This document shows, piece after piece, positions 46,311 through 50,099 of a DNA stretch of 50,099 nt. The stretch covers positions 1 to 50,099 of the forward strand of contig JYFJ02002822.1 in NCBI GenBank assembly GCA_000934665.2, in the 5' to 3' direction. This DNA is from Catajapyx aquilonaris (lineage: Eukaryota). A program made the translations under genes and the position numbers. Below the pieces are notes generated by a model. The model was not told the DNA's origin. It saw only the letters and a list, made by a program, of their open reading frames with translations, and made no database searches. The first letter of the stretch is position 1; every line of letters begins with the position of its first letter.

Positions 46311-46715
46311 AATATATCATATTTAAAATCGCCACAGGTGGAGCTAGGTAGCTGAAATAGTTTTTGTTTCAATTTTTATGGCAGTGGTAGATGATGGCTG
46401 ACTTCTGGAGTTGCCACTTGACTGGAATTAAATTAATGTCTCCACTAAACCATGGCTCTCCATTGTATTGCCCCATTTTCAGGGGACTACCTGTGTGACT
46501 TGTGTTGCAAAAAAATTAAATGTCATTATCTAACATTGCTAAAAAATTGGCTGATAACGGGGTATGAATTATCATTGCTAAAAATGAAAAAATATATAAA
46601 AATAATTATGTGACAGTTTTAAATTTGAACGAAAAATCACAATATCAAAGACTATGCATTTTTGCAATACCAGAATCGATGGTTAAGCTGAGTCTTACTT
46701 TTCATGCATCTAGTA

Positions 46716-47305
46716 CAGTGTTGCACATTAATCGAGGCATACTGCCAGCGACATTTTTCGAAGCGGCAGAAGAAGGAATCTTGCTCGCCCGGCTTGCAGT
46801 ATCCTTATCTTCGATTCCTTCTTCTGCCGCTTCGGAAAATGTCGCTAGAAATATGCCTCGATTAACCCTGGAACCGTGCCGTTGGGTCTTTTTGGACCCC
46901 AAGGAAAAAAAATGCATTAACCCTGTAATGCCCCTTGGGTCATATCTGGCACACCATTTAGTGCAATTTGGCACTTACAGGAAATATAAAAATTGCACTA
47001 AATGGTGTGCCAGATATGACCCATTGGGCATTACTTAGATTAGTGGGCATTACAGGGTTGACCATTACAATGAACTTTTGCCATTTTTTACAGTATATAA
47101 CAGGAAGTGCATGTTTATTTTGAATTAGCGATCATTTTAGGCATAGTTCAAAGAATGATTGTATATAGTCAATAGGCCTACATTGAAAAGTATTATATAA
47201 TAATTAATAAACATTAAAATATGGTGGGGTCCGAAAAGACCCCACGGCACGGTTGCCGTAATACTCGTAGGCACGCCACGGTTCCAGGGTTAATGTCCAA
47301 CACTG
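46716..47305. mobile_element. Hairpin MITE (3616 family) interrupted by piggyBac-like elements
   Basis: TIR CAGTGTTG.ACATTAATCGAGGC, TA TSD. Confidence 0.8.
46866..47289. mobile_element. piggyBac-like MITE, TTAA TSD, containing a second one at 46921-47057
   Basis: TTAA|CCCTGGAACCGTG...CACGGTTCCAGGG|TTAA; inner TTAA|CCCTGTAATGCCC...GGGCATTACAGGG|TTGA. Confidence 0.85.
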
Positions 47306-47307
47306 TA

Positions 47308-47468
47308 CAGTTCTGGTCATATATCGAGGCAACTGCCAGCGACATTTTCCGAAGCGGCAGAAGAAGGAATCGAAGATAAGCATACTTCAAGCATGGGCGA
47401 GCATGATTCCTTCTTCTGCCGCTTCGGAAAATGTCGCTGGCAGTTGCCTCGATATATGACCAGAACTG
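47308..47468. mobile_element. Hairpin MITE (3616 family)
   Basis: TIR CAGTTCTGGTCATATATCGAGGCAACTGCCAGC, TA TSD. Confidence 0.85.
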
Positions 47469-47666
47469 TACACAGTAATGTACTGTACACACCTTCCACT
47501 AAAAAGCAGCGTTCATGACAAAAGCGATACCGGCACACATCCTTTGCATGCTCAGTCTTCATAGAGATCAGACTCGATGGGGACAGCAAAAACTACTAAC
47601 TGTATTCTGAACACGAATCTAGAGCCGGCACAGCCCCCTGACACAGCCCACCTACATGTATGATGA

Positions 47667-48194
47667 CGGTAGGTTAACACCTGTGTCCTGGCCAGACGGC
47701 GCTGGTGGCGGAAAATGGCGGATGTCCCTCCAGTGTCTGCCGCCATCTTGAAGGCCCATTCCGGTTGGCTGGCAAGTCAATCTGCCTGCGGGTGGGTGCC
47801 AAAAAAAACATGCCGAAAAATAAGTACGGTACTGCTCGGTACTGCTAGCTATCTTCAGTCATGTCTATATAAAATAAATAGCACACTTACAATGCTCTTT
47901 TACAATCACCTCCTGCTCGCTTGACATTTTTGGTGTGTCCAGAATGCCTTCTACACATTTACCGAGCATTGTAAGTGTACTATTTATTTCATTTAGACAT
48001 GACTAAAGATAGCTAGCAGTACCGAGCAGTACCGTACTTATTTTTCGGCATGTTTTTTTTGGCACCCACCCGCAGGCAGATTGACTTGCCAGCCAACCGG
48101 AATGGGCCTTCAAGATGGCGGCAGACACTGGAGGGACATCCGCCATGTTCCGCCATCAGCGCCGTCTGGCCAGGACACAGGTGTTAACCTACCG
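47667..48194. mobile_element. Young foldback MITE (~230-bp near-perfect arms)
   Basis: CGGTAGGTTAACACCTGTGTCC / GGACACAGGTGTTAACCTACCG. Confidence 0.88.
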
Positions 48195-48406
48195 TATTCG
48201 AGGAGTGTCATAGGCCTGAGCCGGCATAAGTTAGATAATTTTGGTGAAAAAATAATTTCCCTAGTTCAATTGGTAACATTCACGATTTTGGCCAAACATG
48301 ATCATTATGTCCAATAGGGGGAATTTCTTTTTAAGGTTTTAAGAAAACGCTCAGTAATACAAGAATGACTATTGCATATTGTAAACATAATTATACGCTT
48401 GCTCTA

Positions 48407-48708
48407 CAGGCAGGCCACGCTAACTTGCCTTGACGTCATCGTTTTGTTTACCAATTCCTAGTCAAAGGTAATCTGCCGAACGTACCCTTGGAACCTCCCA
48501 CTTTTCAAGTTTCCATGGAGATGTTCTCATGTAACAATAGGAATAAACAGTGTCAAATAACACTGTTTGCTCATATTGCTGTGTGAGGGCATTTCCATGG
48601 AAACTTGAAAAGTGAAAGGTTCCAAGGGTGGGTTCGGCAGATTTCCGTTGACTAGGAATTGGTAAACAAAACGATGATGTCAGTGGGAAATTATGGCGAC
48701 CTGCCTTA
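48407..48708. mobile_element. Hairpin MITE
   Basis: TCATCGTTTTGTTTACCAATTCCTAGTC inverted at 48651-48678. Confidence 0.75.
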
Positions 48709-49279
48709 TACAAAACGGTGCATAATACATACGGTACCGTATCTCAAAACTCACAGGATCACTTTGAAAATTTAGATCGAAAAATGTCGAAATGTCGAGA
48801 ACATGCAAATGCACCTTTATTTCCCCGTACGGAGGCGACGCGGCGGCGCGGCGGCGGGGGGTGGGGTGGGGTGTTAGTTCACTTAAAGATAATTACATCG
48901 AAAAGTATTTACAGCATCTACATATTGGAAGAATGAATTTTACGGATTTGAGGGACCAGCCCCGCACTCGGAAACATTCTCCTACATAAGTACAAAAGAA
49001 GACCATCCCTCGGACCATCCGGGGCCGTTTCGCGCATGCGCTCTTGACTAAACTTGGTACCAAATGACTTGTCTAATCTTCTCGAATAAAATGATGCATC
49101 ATGTGACTCATAATGAGTCTGGGACCATACGGACCCTTTTCATCGCTTCTATGCAATACATCATTGTTACTATGTGTGTGAATATGGTCACAGAAAAATT
49201 CCCCAAAACGAGTCAATTCGGTACTGGAAATACTAATATTCATTTTTCTTATCCTCCTACCTCCACCTGGGTCTTATTC

Positions 49280-49321
49280 AAGGCCACCAAGAAGATCAAT
49301 AAGGCCACCAAGAAGATCAAT
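49280..49321. repeat. Exact 21-bp tandem duplication
   Basis: (AAGGCCACCAAGAAGATCAAT)x2. Confidence 0.85.
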
Positions 49322-49795
49322 GGACCATTCTGTACTATGTTTGAAGGGTCATATCCTGCATATTAACCCCAAGTTCGCTCCCAGTCCCCAACTGGTCGCA
49401 TACATCCTCCGTGTGTAAGCGATCTTCAGGCAGGGTTTTTGGGATGGATCAATGGAAAAATACCTGCCGGCATGTTGTTACAGGCATGGAAAGGAAGGGA
49501 TGAAACCCTGTTCAAAGCTGACATCTCGCATCGACATGGTAGACTTCAGCATATATTTTCCTCCTTTTTTCTCAAGTTGCAACACCCCTTAGAAGTTACT
49601 TCAACCCTTACAAGTTTTGGTGGAATGTGTATAATATGGCTAGTAAAACTCCGTCACCCCATGGCCCATCACCTGCTTCTTTTTCTGGCGACCTTGTCGA
49701 GCTGACACGTACCACACTCATGCGAAGTTAAATATTTTAAAATTATGATGCAAATTTTGAAATGGTTTGGGGAAGGCTTATTTTGTGTCTTTCCC

Positions 49796-50099
49796 GGGGG
49801 GAGGTGTGGTGGCCGTGATGGTAACTTGCTGAGTGAAAGCAGGTGAAAGGCTCCAGGTTCGATCCCCGCCTGGGGAACTTTCCTTTCACCTGCGTCAGGA
49901 GGGTCTCTGACCTGCACCAAGGAGGTGTCTGGCAACCTAACCTCCTGGGGGACAGCACATGACCCATTTGTAGACATTGCACTTGCACCTATGTTCCCTC
50001 CCCAAAAAATCCATACCCCTACCCGACATCCTTGACTCCTTGCACCGGTGAATGAAGAAAAAGTGTAATACACAGAGAAAACTGATGGCGGTGTGCCAC
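49796..50099 (+). mobile_element. tRNA-headed SINE (31390/45960 family), runs off the window
   Basis: head GGGGGAGGTGTGGTGGCCG...GGTTCGATCCCCGCCTGGG; shared body. Confidence 0.85.

Overview
Animal (very likely arthropod) nuclear genomic DNA, not prokaryotic. About 6-40 kb is occupied by one minus-strand multi-exon gene: an ATF7IP/MCAF1/Windei orthologue (cofactor of the SETDB1/Eggless H3K9 methyltransferase). I reconstructed 14 phase-consistent coding exons (3084 nt, 1028 aa). They run from an acidic N-terminus with a 21-bp coding minisatellite (PEEERST)n through an SV40-like NLS, a coiled coil plus the KITRSVGLQV motif and a SUMO-interacting motif (KIIDLTDEDE) to most of the C-terminal FN3 domain. 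I could not find the last coding exon; it probably lies left of position 1. One intron is GC-AG. Introns and flanks are saturated with non-autonomous transposons: TA-, TAA-, TTAA- and 8-bp-TSD MITEs and foldbacks nested up to four deep, several tRNA-headed SINE families sharing a covarying 3' stem-loop, a decayed PIF/Harbinger element (transposase + MADF) and a pogo (BrkDBD) remnant. The 39.3-44.2 kb region is mostly unique, CpG-rich and motif-dense. It contains a stand-alone tRNA-like cloverleaf with an expanded anticodon loop. No CRISPR, rRNA or intact transposase gene was seen. All calls are by eye, without database searches.
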